A DNA stretch of 63,883 nucleotides, filler included, from Choristocarpus tenellus KU-1152 (GCA_964200185.2; 11 parts of 11 records of this genome joined end to end with filler, not necessarily neighbours in it); one strand, 5' to 3'. Shown: positions 11,639-25,176, counted from the first letter of the whole stretch. Translations and numbers: made by a program. Notes: generated by a model from the sequence alone, not told the origin.

Positions 11639-13031
11639 NNNNNNNNNNNNNNNNNNNNNNNNNNNNNNNNNNNNNNNNNNNNTTAATTAATTAANNNNNN
11701 NNNNNNNNNNNNNNNNNNNNNNNNNNNNNNNNNNNNNNGTTCCTTCCTTAACTATTCCTTCTCTTCCTACTTATTTCTTTTCCTTTTCCCCCACATTCTT
11801 ATCCTGTGCCCCAGCCAACCAGAATTCTTCCGCCCACAAAACTCAGTTTACTTCATAAACTCTCACTCCTTTCAAACTGGAATAGTAAATACAGAGGAAA
11901 TTAGCAATATAGAAGTATAGAAGTAATAATAATAGTGGGAAAGGTAAGGGAATGGTCGCCGATTGCAGATTGTATTTCTTCGATTAATAAAATATGTGAA
12001 CAATACATTGCTCACATATTTGAATATGAAGAAGATGAAAACAACCTCTTGCAACTAATCACAATTATTGTATTGAACTCTAGTTTGGTGTAAGAGAGTT
12101 TTCCCCATTTTTCCTACAGTCTGTGGTGGAAGGTGGTGACACAGGACAAGGTTTTGGCAATGTCTTGCACCGATGCTGCATCGAAGAGGTACAAGTGGTT
12201 CCCGTAATTGGGGTGTATGGTGCAGTCTTCCTTATTCTCCCCTGAGAGCACTAGCATGTATTCATGTATGGATGTACGTAGGTGGGGGGAGATTGATAGG
12301 TAGAGAAACAGTATTATCCTATCGATAAGTAGGAATTTTTAGCAAGGTTGATCATACAGATAACCGTTAACAGATCATGAGACTTGATCCGTCTTTGACG
12401 TCTGGCCTGGTCGAGTTGCGCCGTCGGGCGTCTTTGTCTTTTCACCAGTCTCATTCCTGATTTCCCAGCCTTCATCAAACAACGAAGATGATTCAGTTAC
12501 CTTTCTTCCATTTTTGATGTTCAGGTGTTACTTCCCCTGCCTAGAGCGTCCACTCCCAGGAGGTGTCAATGGTCGACACATAATATGGTTAATCATTGTG
12601 GGTGCTATCTCACTGGTCACTGCCGCCTCTGGAACTGGTGTAGCCTTGTAAGTAAGTTTTGCTTGGTCAACATGGTTTGATGTCTCTAAGGTGGGATCCA
12701 ACCAAAGTCCTGACATGGGTTGTACCTTACACCGAGAAGAACGTTTCACTCGGGGTGGTGATCAAATGACGGAAAAACTAGCTCGTGGTTGCCATCAACA
12801 TATCGAGTGATTAAACGAACTTGGACATTGTAGAGGAAATGACATAGTTCTCACTCCTGAGCATGGTACAACATGCCGTATTTAACTCAATCGTAATCCG
12901 AACTCTCGCTTTTCATATTCCCTTCCTTCCAATTGTATTTTGCCAGGACTGAACGATTTGCGAACTGATTGTCCTTGACCTACTTGGTTCGATTGCCCCA
13001 ACCCATCCCATCCATCTCCCTCTAAATCCAG

Positions 13032-13155
13032 CTGCTCCGGAGTGGTTCTTCTTCTTGTTCCTCACAACAGCATTCTCACCTATGCATTTGGACTACCTTA
13101 TGAAAGGGCCATCCGTTACCACATTATATTCGGTGGACTGATTCTGATTCCAGTG
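13032..13155 (+). CDS. Ferric reductase / NADPH oxidase-like protein, exon
   Basis: SGVVLLLVPHNSILTYAFGLPYERAIRYHIIFGGLILIPV with a heme-ligand His; canonical splice sites. Confidence 0.8.
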
Positions 13156-13383
13156 GTAGGTGGTTGTGTCTGCCTCCCATAAAGGTTGCTTGGTTAGGGT
13201 TGCTGGTCTTGGACCATGAAGCTGTCGACATTGCCATTGACTGTTCAAACCTCCAGGTTTCTGTGTCACCAGTGCCTAATGCCAGGTTGTTGTTTGATGT
13301 GTGAGAATTTTTTTGAGCAATTATATCTGAAACCTTGTAGATATTTGTCACCACAAGGTCCTGTTTTTGTGTCAATCTTGCAG

Positions 13384-13577
13384 GTGATTCATGCCCTCAA
13401 TGAAGACTTCCTGAGTGAATGGTCAACTACACATGTGACTGGAACAGTTTCCTTTGGTGCCTACATCATCTTGGTGGTTTCATCTTTTCCCTTCATTCGG
13501 AGGCGGTTGTGGGAGGCCTTCAAGTACATGCACCTGATCTGCGCAGCAGGTTTTGTGGTCTTTGCTGCAATTCATGA
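13384..13577 (+). CDS. Ferric reductase / NADPH oxidase-like protein, exon
   Basis: SSFPFIRRRLWEAFKYMHL...AAIH, the IRR..YE.F...H transmembrane heme motif; phase compatible with both flanking exons. Confidence 0.88.
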
Positions 13578-14446
13578 GTGAGACTGCGTAGTGATGAGTG
13601 GAGGGGCCGAGATATTGCTATTTGTGACACACGGTGGTTATCATTGTATCAGTTGGGGGTTGGGCGAGAAATTGCTGAGGATCTGCAGTACCATTGCAGA
13701 GTGGGGTATTAGTTTGAGCAATTGTTCAAACTTTGATAGTGTCAAGTGTGAGAGAATTTTGTCATTACTTGATATCTATCATGACAGAATATGAGGGTTG
13801 GGCCTGCAATGATGATGGCAATTCAGGGTCTATCTCATTTTGTGGAATTTGGCCTGTTAACACAGGAGGGAAACAAGCGGGGATCCAGATACCCTCCTTG
13901 ATGACATGAACATTGTTCCATTGCAATTAACATGAGAGAGACTCATTAGGTTCTTGTAGCGTGTCCTCTTTCCACTCAGCTAGGGAGGGTGTAGTAGAGC
14001 GCAGGGATTTTGTAAGGTCAGTAAAAATTCCTCGTATTGGAAGAGGTATGTATACATGCACCTCACGCAACCCCTCTCCCCACATGAATCTTATACAACT
14101 TCTTAAGGACGTTTGGGTTTGGTTTACATGGACTTCAGTGGACAGTTGCCTCTGAGGATTCTCGTATCTTTCTGTATGACCAATGCGAACGAACCAGCTC
14201 CAAACCCCAAAACCCCAAACCCAACAAAAACAAAAACAATTCTATGATGCAGGAATAAGCGTCACAGGTGAAGTCAAGAGTGATGAAGGAAAGCTTCCGC
14301 GACCTGGCTGCCAGCCAAGTGAATAGCCTTCCATTGTTTCATATCAATGATGGGCAGGATGCAGATACATAACCCCCTGCTGCCCCTTTTGCCTCCCACT
14401 CACCCCCCCTTCCACTTTCCATCCCTCTTCCCCTCCCAATTGATAG

Positions 14447-14686
14447 TGGCAGCGCAATGCTCTTTCTCCTCCCAGGGATCATTGCCTACACTGTTGACTT
14501 GTTTTTGCGTGGCCGGCACGCATTTATCCGAGGTTCGGTTTTAAGTGCTAGTGTAATCAAAGGCACAGATGTACTGAAGCTTGAGGTTGAGAGTGGCCGG
14601 CAGGGGGGAAGGAAGGGTTATGAACCTGGGCAATATGCCTTCCTAATGATTCCACGCCTGTCACCCTTTCAGTGGCATCCGATCAG
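14447..14686 (+). CDS. Ferric reductase / NADPH oxidase-like protein, exon (start of FAD-binding domain)
   Basis: YEPGQYAFLMIPRLSPFQWHPI is the PGQY...QWHP FAD-binding motif; gtaagc donor. Confidence 0.9.
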
Positions 14687-14856
14687 GTAAGCAAAGCACA
14701 GACAGTGGGGGGGCATTGATGTTACGGGGGTGATTGTGTGTGTGCGTATTGATCACNNNNNNNNNNNNNNNNNNNNNNNNNNNNNNNNNNNNNNNNNNNN
14801 TTAATTAATTAANNNNNNNNNNNNNNNNNNNNNNNNNNNNNNNNNNNNNNNNNNNN

Positions 14857-14879
14857 CCCCCTCCCAGATACTTTGGGTC
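14857..14879. mobile_element. MITE right terminus (contig edge)
   Basis: C-run followed by CAGATACTTTGGGTC. Confidence 0.65.
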
Positions 14880-14889
14880 TAAAATAGCT

Positions 14890-15902
14890 GCGTAATACAC
14901 ACCATACATTCTCTTTAACCCCTTCATAAGGTCGTTTATCTACTGTAATGCCCACTCCAAACTCTACTTTTTGGGGGATACAAAGGACTCCAAGTACTTG
15001 ATATTGAGATCAGGTGATTGCACAGGCTGTGTTACAAGGTTGATGTTCTACCCCCCTTCCCACCCGACTTCTTTTCCTGCATGGGGGATTGCTCCATCTT
15101 ACTAAAAAACCGACTCCTCATCCTCCAACCATGGCATTTCTTCCTTTAATGCAGGAAGAAAAGTCTCCATGTATCACTTCCGGTACCACTCAGCACCGAT
15201 GGTCATATTCAAGTTGTACTGCTGTCCCCTCTTGTGGCAGGTCGAATTTCTCTGTTCCTGCTTGATGATGCAAACACGTCATATTCCGATCTTGCCACTG
15301 AAATCGTTGGAAGGATCTGGGTGCAAAATGGCGCAGTTGAACATCACCTTAGAAATGTGATTCTTGTGCTCTGCCTTGGTGGAGCCCACCCTTTCCTCCC
15401 TGGTCCACCCTTTTGGAAGTTATTTCTTACTGGGAAGTAGCACTAAAGTGTAGCGTACGGCCAGCGCATTTCGACCTTCCTTGCTCAACTCGCAATTCTT
15501 ACCCCGGGCTGACGGACTTCCAGTGAAAGACGACGGACTTGGCGGATTGGTCATATTGGATACAGGACTCAGATTACAGATGGTCTGGAGGGTAACAGAA
15601 AGTCGTATGGCTCTTCGCGAGGTGTTGAGATGTGCGATTATGGGGGGGGCATGGTACCAGTCGTCGGGCGTAGTAAAGTCACTGAAAAACGCTCCGAAAG
15701 GGCTGTTTTTTTTTGTTCCAGTTCTAGGAACAGATTCAGAACTATTTCGGAACAAAATCTAAGCTCAAAAGATCCCTCCGAATAAGTATATACGGAGCTT
15801 CAATTTGAGTCATATATCACTCGGAAAGGCTTTGTATTTGTGAAGAAACGGCAAAAACAAAAAGTGAAAATTCATAATGTCGCAGACTTATGGGACAGTG
15901 TG
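14890..15902 (-). mobile_element. Tc1/mariner (plant/oomycete-type) transposon pseudogene with internal deletion
   Basis: NHISKVMFNCAILHPD...FSGKIGI*, EEMPWL, **DGAIPH and TQPVQSPDLNI motifs; TIR CACTGTCCCATAAGTC near 15900 next to TA. Confidence 0.85.
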
Positions 15903-16889
15903 TATGTCTTTGTGTTTTTTGCTAGTGAGGTAATCTAACTGATAGCATCTCGTGAGTTAGCTCGTCTATATGTAACTACATCGCAACACAAATGGTGACA
16001 CTTGCTGGAACTATCATGTATGATATATCGTTCAATTTCCAAGGGCAATGCTTCGTAACATGTGGAACTCATCCATGCCTACTTGAAGTTCCGTATAGTG
16101 CACCTAGATAAGTCTACATGCTTGTTTTTAGGGACAAATCAAATTGTCCATCCAAACTTTGTAAGAGTTGCCTCATGAACAAGGGATCAGTGAAGCTCTG
16201 TAAAACCTACCAGCATATTTTCTTGGTTACGTGGCGGATTCTACACTTTACTTGATTGGTTTTCCCTATACAAACACCTCTCTCAAACTGCGAATGGATG
16301 TGTTATAACTACAAATATCTGACATGTAACGAAATGGATTGAACTATTTCACAAACTATGTATGAAGGTTGGGGGGGGAAAGGTGCTTATGTCTTTCTGT
16401 TACACGAATCGCCCACACCATTGGACTTAAGGAGAGCCTGAGTATCTATACACGGATAGCGATAACACATCTTGACATAAACTGTATCGAGCACTCTCTT
16501 GTAGGAGACTGCCTCATATACATATTTTTTCGACATGTGGAAGACGTGACCCTGTCCCTGGAGCGTTCTCCTTCTTTGAATAAAGTTTTGGAATGATTGT
16601 AATCAACGCAACTCTGCATATCAATCCTTACAAAATTACAGGCACATTCTACAACTTCAATGCACTCCAAAGACTTGAGAGAAATTATTTCCAGGGCGAA
16701 TCTGCTTGTATGACAACAATACTCAGCAACCTAACTTGACTGACTTCCTATTCAACAACAAATTTCAAATGAAAGGAGGAACGAACATGATGTATACTTT
16801 GCAATAAGCAGAATTAGGCATGCCATCCCCTGTAACAAAGAAGGAAATCCCATAGTCCTGCTATCTATATTTAATATCGTTGGACAAAC

Positions 16890-17426
16890 CTTCATCTTAT
16901 GGTCAGCATGAGCACAAAGGTCCCTCAGTGCCGTTGCTGCCTGCCGCCTAGTCTTTGTGTCCTTCACCCGTAGGAGGTGGAACAGTGCCAAAAGTCCACC
17001 CCCAAAACACACACCCCTGTGTGAGGCAAGATTGGGCGACAACTTGCGAAAACTGAGCGCAGCATGGTACTGGCACTCAGTGTCAGGGCTAAAGGCGAGA
17101 GCATTAAGCCCTGGGAGTCCATCCTCAATGATAACAGCTTGATGCTCGAAGCTGGTTAGGAGGTTAGAAATGGTGCGACTGGCCTCACGGAATATGTCCA
17201 GGGCATCATGCTGCATGAGCCCCACCATTGCACGACCACCTCCGGAACGGGCTACGAGTTCGTGTGTGTCAATGTCTTCGGCCAGATTGGCCAGGGTCCC
17301 AATGGCCTGTCGGGCTGCCTCAAGATCACCACCCTGTGCCAATCGCACTAAGGCTGGCACACACATTGATGCAATTTCCACTCGGTCCTGCTCACTCAGG
17401 GAGAGGTTACACAGGCAAGCAGCCAC
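16890..17426 (-). CDS. Armadillo-repeat protein (Vac8-like), exon
   Basis: Tandem ARM repeats (AACLCNL, AIGTLANLAE, AALSFRKL); 537 nt, phase 0-0. Confidence 0.9.
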
Positions 17427-17857
17427 CTGGGAAGATTTCAGACGACCACACCAGGAACCACAAGGTTTGGGTGTTGGGCAACCTCTGGGAAAGAAGTGTG
17501 GCATTGGTAAGCGAGATATCCCAAGGAGCAAGGATTGAGAAAGATCATTCTGCATGGAGGGGGGGACGAGCCACAAATCACAACATTCAACACCAAGCCA
17601 GTACATGCAGTGTTGCTTTGATCTCTGGGCTACAGCAGTCAAATGCACTCAGTATTTCTACACTTGCAGAATATTAAAATAATAGCCAAAATCACCTTGC
17701 ACACATTCAACATATTGAGAGTGGAAAGCCAATGTAGGCATTTGGATAGTGAGATTAGGAGCAGCTATTGTAGAGCACTATTTAATTGTGAAAGATGATA
17801 CAGTGGTTTGAGTGATGTGACCCTGGTAGATGTATAGGGGAAAAGGGGTGAGTTTAC

Positions 17858-17986
17858 CTCACGCCTAATTTCGACTTCCCCACTGCGCCCTGCTCTTGCC
17901 AATGCTTTAAGGATGCCACCCTGGACAAGCTTGTGCCTGTTGTCTTGGGGGGTAGCCAATCTGCGAAGGGCTGCCATGGCAAGGCA
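17858..17986 (-). CDS. Armadillo-repeat protein (Vac8-like), exon
   Basis: CLAMAALRRLATPQDNRHKLVQGGILKAL...; 129 nt, phase 0-0. Confidence 0.88.
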
Positions 17987-18548
17987 CTGGGGTAGACGGG
18001 ATATGGGGAGAGGAGACTTGCTGATCAGTTTGGATGAGTGGCGTTTGCACACTGCCACTGCTCAGGCGCCATGCAGGTGTGTAAAGTAGTACCTTAATTT
18101 TGCTTGCCTTTTCAAAGGTGAGTGAGAGGATTAACCGTACGTAAACATACATGAAAACTTGTGTTTTTTCAACATCCTGTTCCAATTCTATTGCACCATC
18201 TCTGGAAATGGGAATTGTGATGAAAAGCAAAGTGTTCATACCAGCTTTCATTCTACATAGCAGAAAAAAATCACATTTCAGGAATTGCTCTTGAGTACAA
18301 AATCAATTTTGTGGTGTTTTCTTTTTGTCGAGAATGAAATCCCACATGTCATTCCAACTGATAATGAACTCACGATGAACGCCACCCTCTGCCCTCAACA
18401 AAATCACGGAAACCTGGCCGCCATAAAAACGAATACTCTCACCTACACACAATGGTGGCATCAGCAGTGCTGGTCACTGAAGGGGGCAATGGCGAGGGGT
18501 GGAGCACAACATGAAAAAAGCCTCCAAACCATCTAATAAATAACTTAC

Positions 18549-18866
18549 CTGAGTATGAACATTGGCAGACCAAGCCAGGGTTATCAATGGTCCAATACCC
18601 CCCTTTGCTCCAATCCTATCGAGGTAGTCAGCGTTGCTTGCCAGGTTTGCAAGAGTGAAGCCAGCATACTCCCTCACATCTGACTCTGGAGACTCCGACA
18701 GCCTCACCAGGGTCTGTATCACTCCCTTGGACACCATTTGTGAATGATTTCCCTCATTGGCAGCCATGTTGCCAAGGGCCATGGCAGCATAGCACTGGTC
18801 GTTGATGTTTTCGCTGTTGGACATTGCCAAGATTGGTGGCAGGCCACCATGAACAACAACCTGGGC
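18549..18866 (-). CDS. Armadillo-repeat protein (Vac8-like), exon
   Basis: GGLPPIL...AAMALGNMAAN...AGFTLANLASN; 318 nt, phase 0-0. Confidence 0.9.
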
Positions 18867-18975
18867 CTGAAGGAGTCATGGATAGCGATTTGATGAGTAT
18901 AGATCATTAAAAGATGAGGGGGTCGTGCACCCCAAAATATCACATACATATATGCTGTTGCTACGGTTGATCTCT

Positions 18976-19210
18976 GAGACAAAGTATCTTAGAGGGTAGA
19001 GTCGCGTCCATTTGGGGACCAAAATCCAATGTTGCACTCCTGATGTCATTTTGGCTATCATGTTTGTTTGGAGATGTCNNNNNNNNNNTATACATTTTAC
19101 CTACTCCGGAACATTTTGGAGTAGGTAAAATGTCATTATAAACCCGTGGGAAGCCAAGCCCCAAATGGACAAAAAGGGCAAAACTCGTACTCTCTAAGAT
19201 ACTTTCACTC
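18976..19210. mobile_element. MITE family A (contains a 10-N gap)
   Basis: TIR GAGACAAAGTATCTTAGAGGGTA / TACTCTCTAAGATACTTTCACTC; 4-bp TSD CTCT. Confidence 0.92.
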
Positions 19211-20036
19211 CTCTTGGTAGTGATTCAAAATGTATTTGTGTGCATCTGAGGGGATGATTGCAGTATAGGTGTGCTTGCAATAGTAGTACTTGTTTCCATT
19301 CAAAGTACTTGAATATACCAAACAGGGTGGTAGAACACTCTATTTACAGAGGAGCGATGATGAGGTAGGCTATGGGCAGCTGGGTCATGTCTTTTTGCCT
19401 CTCCTGCACCTGAGAAAAACGCCCATTGGATAATGTTTGAGTGTATGGAGTAAACCATTCAGAGTTGGGGGGAGGCAGCTTTTGCCATGCTTATCTTTTT
19501 TTCTCAATTATAGCACCGAGGAATATATCTTTGGCTGTGTGGAACTTGTACAACCTTTGATTGTGGAGTGCAGGATGGTCCAGCCACAAAACCAAATATT
19601 CAGTTTGAGATTTTGTCGAATAGGTGTATACTAAAAGTTACTACAGAAACGAAAAATGAACTGCACTGCACTACAAAACAGGTTTTTAACTGCTAATATA
19701 AAGTTAACTTATTTCCAAATTGTGGAAAAGATAGTAATCTACTTGTTTAATAGTATACTATATACTCCAACGAAGTGATTACTTTGACATTTTGGGGGGT
19801 TGAAGAGTCAAGGTAAGCGAGAGGTGCCCAGAGTTGCATGTTAGGGATGCTGACAGGTTGTTCAAATTTTGGCTTTTTTTACGAAGTATTTAGGATCTTC
19901 TCTGCATACTGCCGAAGAGTCTCAAACAATAGAGAAACCAATGCTCTCAAGTCAAACTTAGCACTTCATCCAAAGAAATATGGATGAATTGTATAAGATT
20001 AAAAAGTGACTTGAAATTCAAAACAGCCAAAACCTG

Positions 20037-20219
20037 GACTCAAAGTATCTAAGTGTGTGTGTGTGTGTGTACACCAGGGTGTCCATTCGGACCCTGACCA
20101 GGAGAAGTGCGCTTACATTATCCACCTGACGCATGCAGACAAATCACCCAAAAATCCCAACATGGAAAAATGGGGCCTGAATGAACAGCCGCCCCCCCCC
20201 CCCCCAGATACTTTGAACC
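20037..20219. mobile_element. MITE family B
   Basis: GACTCAAAGTATC...GATACTTTGAACC; flanks CCTG/CTTG (1 mismatch). Confidence 0.85.
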
Positions 20220-20784
20220 CTTGGTACCTCCCGCCTACTTTTGTTCAAAACGCACAAAAAAATTTTTCTCGGTGAAATTTNNNNNNNNNNNNNNNNNNNN
20301 NNNNNNNNNNNNNNNNNNNNNNNNTTAATTAATTAANNNNNNNNNNNNNNNNNNNNNNNNNNNNNNNNNNNNNNNNNNNNCCGGAGTAGCTTAAGGAAAC
20401 GAGAAAGAAGGTGTTAGGGTTGGGCAACAAGGGCTCTGAATCCCGAAAGAAGGTAACCCATTTCCGGCGCTCAACAAGGAAATGTGATAGTAAAGGCTCT
20501 AACACTGCGAATCCTGTACCTACCTGCGTATGAACGATGGGAAAGACTGACAAATAGCACTCGAGATGACAGCAGGATAGGCGATGGTCAAGTCGGAAAC
20601 TGTGAGTAAATGGGAGAAAGACTTCCTAGCTAAGGGCCACATCAAGGTTTCGGAGCAAGAGCGCTACGAGAGGCGTTTCGTTCTGGGCCTCGACCATGAC
20701 ATCCATGCCGAGGTCAAAAAGTTGGTGCTCGAACACACAGGAAGAAACGGTGGGGAGGCCTTTTTCCCGCCTGAACCCTATACT

Positions 20785-20883
20785 TTAGTCATCAAGTAAT
20801 TGTTCATCAGTTGCCGCTCTTGGTGACCTACAATCCAGGTTCGAACCCCAATATGAGCACTCTTTCTTCAAAAAAGAAAAAAA
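20785..20883 (+). mobile_element. Possible tRNA-derived SINE fragment
   Basis: B box GGTTCGAACC followed by an A-rich tail; no intact cloverleaf. Confidence 0.35.
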
Positions 20884-21524
20884 TGGTGATAAAGAACAAC
20901 GAAGCCCGTAGTCTGGAGGACCTTGTGACGGGCATCACGAATATACTTTTAATTTTTTAAGTCCGATGTCTACATCAAAAGTTATGATGGGACAACTCCA
21001 GAGGGCGAAGGTACTGCTACCGCTATACCTCTATTTTTTATTCTGAAGGAATCCTTTTGGTTAGGAATGTTCTTGGTCCACTCTACTACACGTACCTTAC
21101 CCTAGTTACTGTTGAGTAGTTTCTCTTCAGTGTATCGTGAATGTTCATGTTGTACGTAAGTAGTGGGCGTTCGGAACATTTTTTTGTCGAATATCTGTTT
21201 TCCTTCCGTTGAATAATTTGATTTATGTTAATAATTTTTTCTGTGAATCGTTTTAATAATTTGAATAATCGATCAAATCTCATCTATAATTGCTACTACT
21301 ATTACTATTATTATTATTATGATCACTACTACTACTATTCTGGTCTTTCTATCTTCAATTTGGTGAAACACACATATTAATTATCTGTATGGTTACATAC
21401 GAGTTCAATTGGTTTTCTCCTGTTCGATGGTACGGTTCTAGTGGTGTTTGTTGTTATATAGTGGTAGAGTAGCTCGACGTAAGGTGTTTTGGTTGTACCC
21501 CTGATTACTTCGCCTGTCTTCGTT

Positions 21525-21762
21525 ATGGCTCCACCTAAAAGTGAAAGGCAAAAGGCGTCCGCAGCAAAAGGTACGGTCGTCTCTACAAGTGCTGCAACCA
21601 AGGAATCACTGAAGAAGTCTGGGAACCTCAACCGTGGGCAACACCAGTTGTGGCGGATTGTTGTCCTGCCCTCTTTGGCTATATTGTGTGGGATCGCCTA
21701 TCGTGTATTGCAGGATCGAGGTTTTCTTGGAGCAACACCCACCAGAGAATCCCAACCTTCAG
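21525..21762 (+). CDS. Type II membrane-anchored protein, exon 1 (possible prolyl 4-hydroxylase)
   Basis: ATG in a CpG-rich region, basic N-terminus and one hydrophobic helix (WRIVVLPSLAILCGIAY); gtcagt donor, phase 1. Confidence 0.7.
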
Positions 21763-22831
21763 GTCAGTCTCGTTAGGGGTGCTTCACACTACAGCATTTT
21801 CTGTTGCCCATTCCCTTCCCATCCATGGTATTAACTCGACAATCCGGATGGGTGACTTCATGAGTGCTGCACATATAGCACACATACCCACTCGTTCGCA
21901 AAGAAACAAGCATCTACTTTCATCTGTCGCGGTTGAACCTATCGGCAGTCTGGTGGCGACCATTCGACATTATATCGTTCCCGCAACTCTCCTGCCCTCT
22001 ATCTTCAATATTGACTCATCAAATGTTGTAAGCGCAATACTACACACTATATTCAAGGCAGCTTTTCAGGGTAATACAGACACAAGTTGTATGATAAGCT
22101 CAACCTAATATTCGGTGTCCGAGATTAGCTGCTTTATTGTTAGAATGAATGCTGTGACACTATGGAAGGGTCGAACACTCACACGCGCACAAGTATGTAT
22201 GTGTATACGAATGCATTATTCTAGACTGGGAAGAAAGCTTGGAGAACCTAGTTTTGCCCAACAAAATTTTGGGCATCAAAGGGTGCCCTTACAGATCTAT
22301 ACCCTCACTATGGCACATGTGTCAAGCTCATGTATACACCTACAATTGCACTACTTACAGAGGTGGTTCATAGAACAAGAGCCCTTTCGCAGGGGACACG
22401 AGAAATATAGAGGGGCACGAAATTCTGTTCATATTCTAGGCACTTCTCAATCCAGCAGATGATAGACATTTGGGGTAGCAAAGTGGAAAACAGGGGTGGA
22501 TAACCCCCTCGTGCACAATGTGCTAATCATAGCGACCTTGTTTTTACTACAATTTTCTCTTAAACCTTCCACATCTTTCAAACGCACTAAGGACCTTTTA
22601 TTGCCCCCTCACTGCTCAGCTCTCTTTGCAGTCCTTTCGTGATTATATACTACACCAACGTACACCTTTGATTGGTCAAGGAGAATGAGCCAGTTGAAGG
22701 GCCTACCAACAGAGGGGGTCTGTGCTGTGCAGTTGGCATTTTCCCAACCCATGCCCCTTATTACCCAACAAAGTCTCTCATATTGTCAATGCTAACTCCT
22801 TCTCCCTCCCCCTCCTCCCACACTGTTCCAG

Positions 22832-23094
22832 GAGAGTCTCACACCTCTTCCCGGGTTGACGTGATTGATGTGTCTGGTCCCAATTGTGGGGCTAGCCAGT
22901 TCCTATCATCCCATGTTATTTGGGGCTTTCACATGGCATGTCTTCAGCGACAAAGCCATGTGGATGATGGTGGCAATTCTGCAGGGAAACACAACATTGG
23001 GGGGGAGAGGGATTCTCTGAGCGTCAAGTTGTTTGTCAATGGCAGGAATGACACCATAGAGTTTTACACAGCATTGGAAGATGACACCTTTAAT
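22832..23094 (+). CDS. Same gene, exon 2
   Basis: Phase-1 acceptor matches exon 1. C...FL.....GFH..C resembles, from memory, the N-terminal region of stramenopile prolyl 4-hydroxylases; the catalytic domain is not in the window. Confidence 0.6.
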
Positions 23095-23429
23095 GTGAGA
23101 TTCTTGATGCCATGGAGGGATGAGAGGTGGTGTTCATTGTTGCACAGCAGTTGGGAAGTCGTTACAGTGTTGGTGCTGTGTTTTCTCAGTGTTGTTTGAA
23201 AATTACAGTGGTAAGAGCTTCTGCCATCATGTTTTTTTGTTGTTCCTCCCATGGAAAACACATAACATACAACCCNNNNNNNNNNNNNNNNNNNNNNNNN
23301 NNNNNNNNNNNNNNNNNNNTTAATTAATTAANNNNNNNNNNNNNNNNNNNNNNNNNNNNNNNNNNNNNNNNNNNNGGAAGCCCCGGTGCTGTTCCTTTTA
23401 TTTACGTCTCTTATCACGCGCGTCATCTC

Positions 23430-23585
23430 TTTGCCTGCCTGCCTGTCTGCTTTCCTGCCTTCCTTCATGCCTTTCTGCCTTCCTTCATGCCTTTCTGCCT
23501 TCCTTCATGCCTTTCTTCCTTGCTTCATGCATTTCTGCCTTCCTTCATGCCTTTCTGCCTTCCTTCATGCCTTTCTGCCTTCTTC
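23430..23585. repeat. 20-bp minisatellite (TGCCTTTCTGCCTTCCTTCA)n
   Basis: About 7 tandem copies read directly. Confidence 0.9.
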
Positions 23586-25104
23586 CCTTTTCGCCTTACT
23601 CGTCCGACCATCCCTCGATCAGCATGGTGTCCCACAACTGCGCCATGCATCTATGCTTGCTTTCACCATCATCAACACAAATTATACACCGTGTTGCAGG
23701 GTGTGGAATGAAATTGGGCCTGAAACCGTGAAATCGTGCAGTTACCTTTGGTTGCCTTCCTATTGAGAAGGGTAATTGCAACACACCAGAATTTCAATTT
23801 CTCAAGATCAGCTGAAGACACCCTCATGTACAAGCGAAAACCTGCTGTCGGAGAATACTTTCGACTGCGCAAGACCTGTGACAGGGTCCAACGAGGCGCC
23901 CAATCACAAATTGCACAAAAAGTACGGAATGGCCACAACAACATCGGGTCGGTTGGGAGGGCGAAGAATATCATGACCAATGACTTTCTCCTCGCCACTT
24001 GCATGGTGGGCGAGTTGAACTCCAACTTGAGGAGGACAACAAACCACAGGGTCTTCAGACAATAGTAAGGAGGCAAAAGGTCAGTATGTTGCCAGGACCA
24101 AAGGGTTAGTCACCACCGCATATGTAACTATGTCTTTATCCCACGGGAAAGCAACCCCCTCCCAAAGACTCAACCAACACACGGTTCCACAAAAGCAAAA
24201 CATTACTAGTAACAGTAAGTTTCTTGTTCCAATAACAAACACCGGAATCACTGCTCCCTCTGTACGATCAGGTGCTATTCCCATGGACGGAGGGGTTCCT
24301 CACACTCCTTGAGGTCCTCTTCACCAACTTCCAACAGAACTTTTTCCTTCATCACAACACCACCATCTGGCAGGCACGACAGTATAGGCACTGCAAATCC
24401 CACCTCCGGAAAGGGCACACTGACATTTCCATGATCTGAAAGAGGAGTTATCCAATCGAAGCGTTTGTTCTGAGACATCCTACTTCAGAGGGGAGCGTAA
24501 CTGAGCATTTGGGAACTGAGTGACTGCCCCCTGGTACATATACTTCTAGCCTTCTAGAGGGCGATTTTCGCGCCTATGTAGACGAACTTTGTCTTCTCTC
24601 GTACGGCATTAGTCTTCTAAGGGGAGGGTTGGACATGGGAAATAGGGTGTGAGCCAGAAGATTGAAAAGGCTCAAAATGTTCACAAGCGTCTATATACTT
24701 CCCCCTATCTATGATGGGATGGCTCTTGCTAAAAACTGTGTGCCCCCTAGTATCACACAATTTCCACCGAAAACCTACAGATGATATCTTACATATCATA
24801 CATAGTATTAAAGCAAGATTTATACTGCTTCAACTAGTTCTCTGCAAGTTTCCTACAGCTCATGGGAAGCTGATCTCTATATCCCCCATGCAGGATCCCA
24901 GTATGAGTCTTTACAAGGATGGTTATCAGCACTACACATAAATACACTACGAAAGGTTTGATGAGTCCAACATTAAGCTAACCTTTCCTGGATGGGTACT
25001 CTCAAAAGGTTTACTCACTGGTCTCTGATTCTGTAGTTTCCATCTTCTACATTATAAACATTATTCATATTTCATAGAACTAAAACGATTTTCATCAATT
25101 CAAT

Positions 25105-25176
25105 GCATAGATCGTATAGTGGTTAGTACACCACATTGTGGCTGTGGCAACCCGGGTTCGATTCCCGGTCCGTGCA
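25105..25176 (+). tRNA. trnH-GTG: tRNA-His(GTG), copy 1 (A:C mismatch in acceptor stem)
   Basis: Cloverleaf with anticodon arm CCACA-TTGTGGC-TGTGG and T arm CCGGG-TTCGATT-CCCGG. Confidence 0.88.

Noticed and set aside
12120-12188. Upstream ferric reductase exon
   Set aside because: The acceptor is good, but frame and donor are ambiguous and no motif confirms it.
16000-16700. Copia RT remnant
   Set aside because: Only a weak YMRQSP-like motif; insufficient to call.
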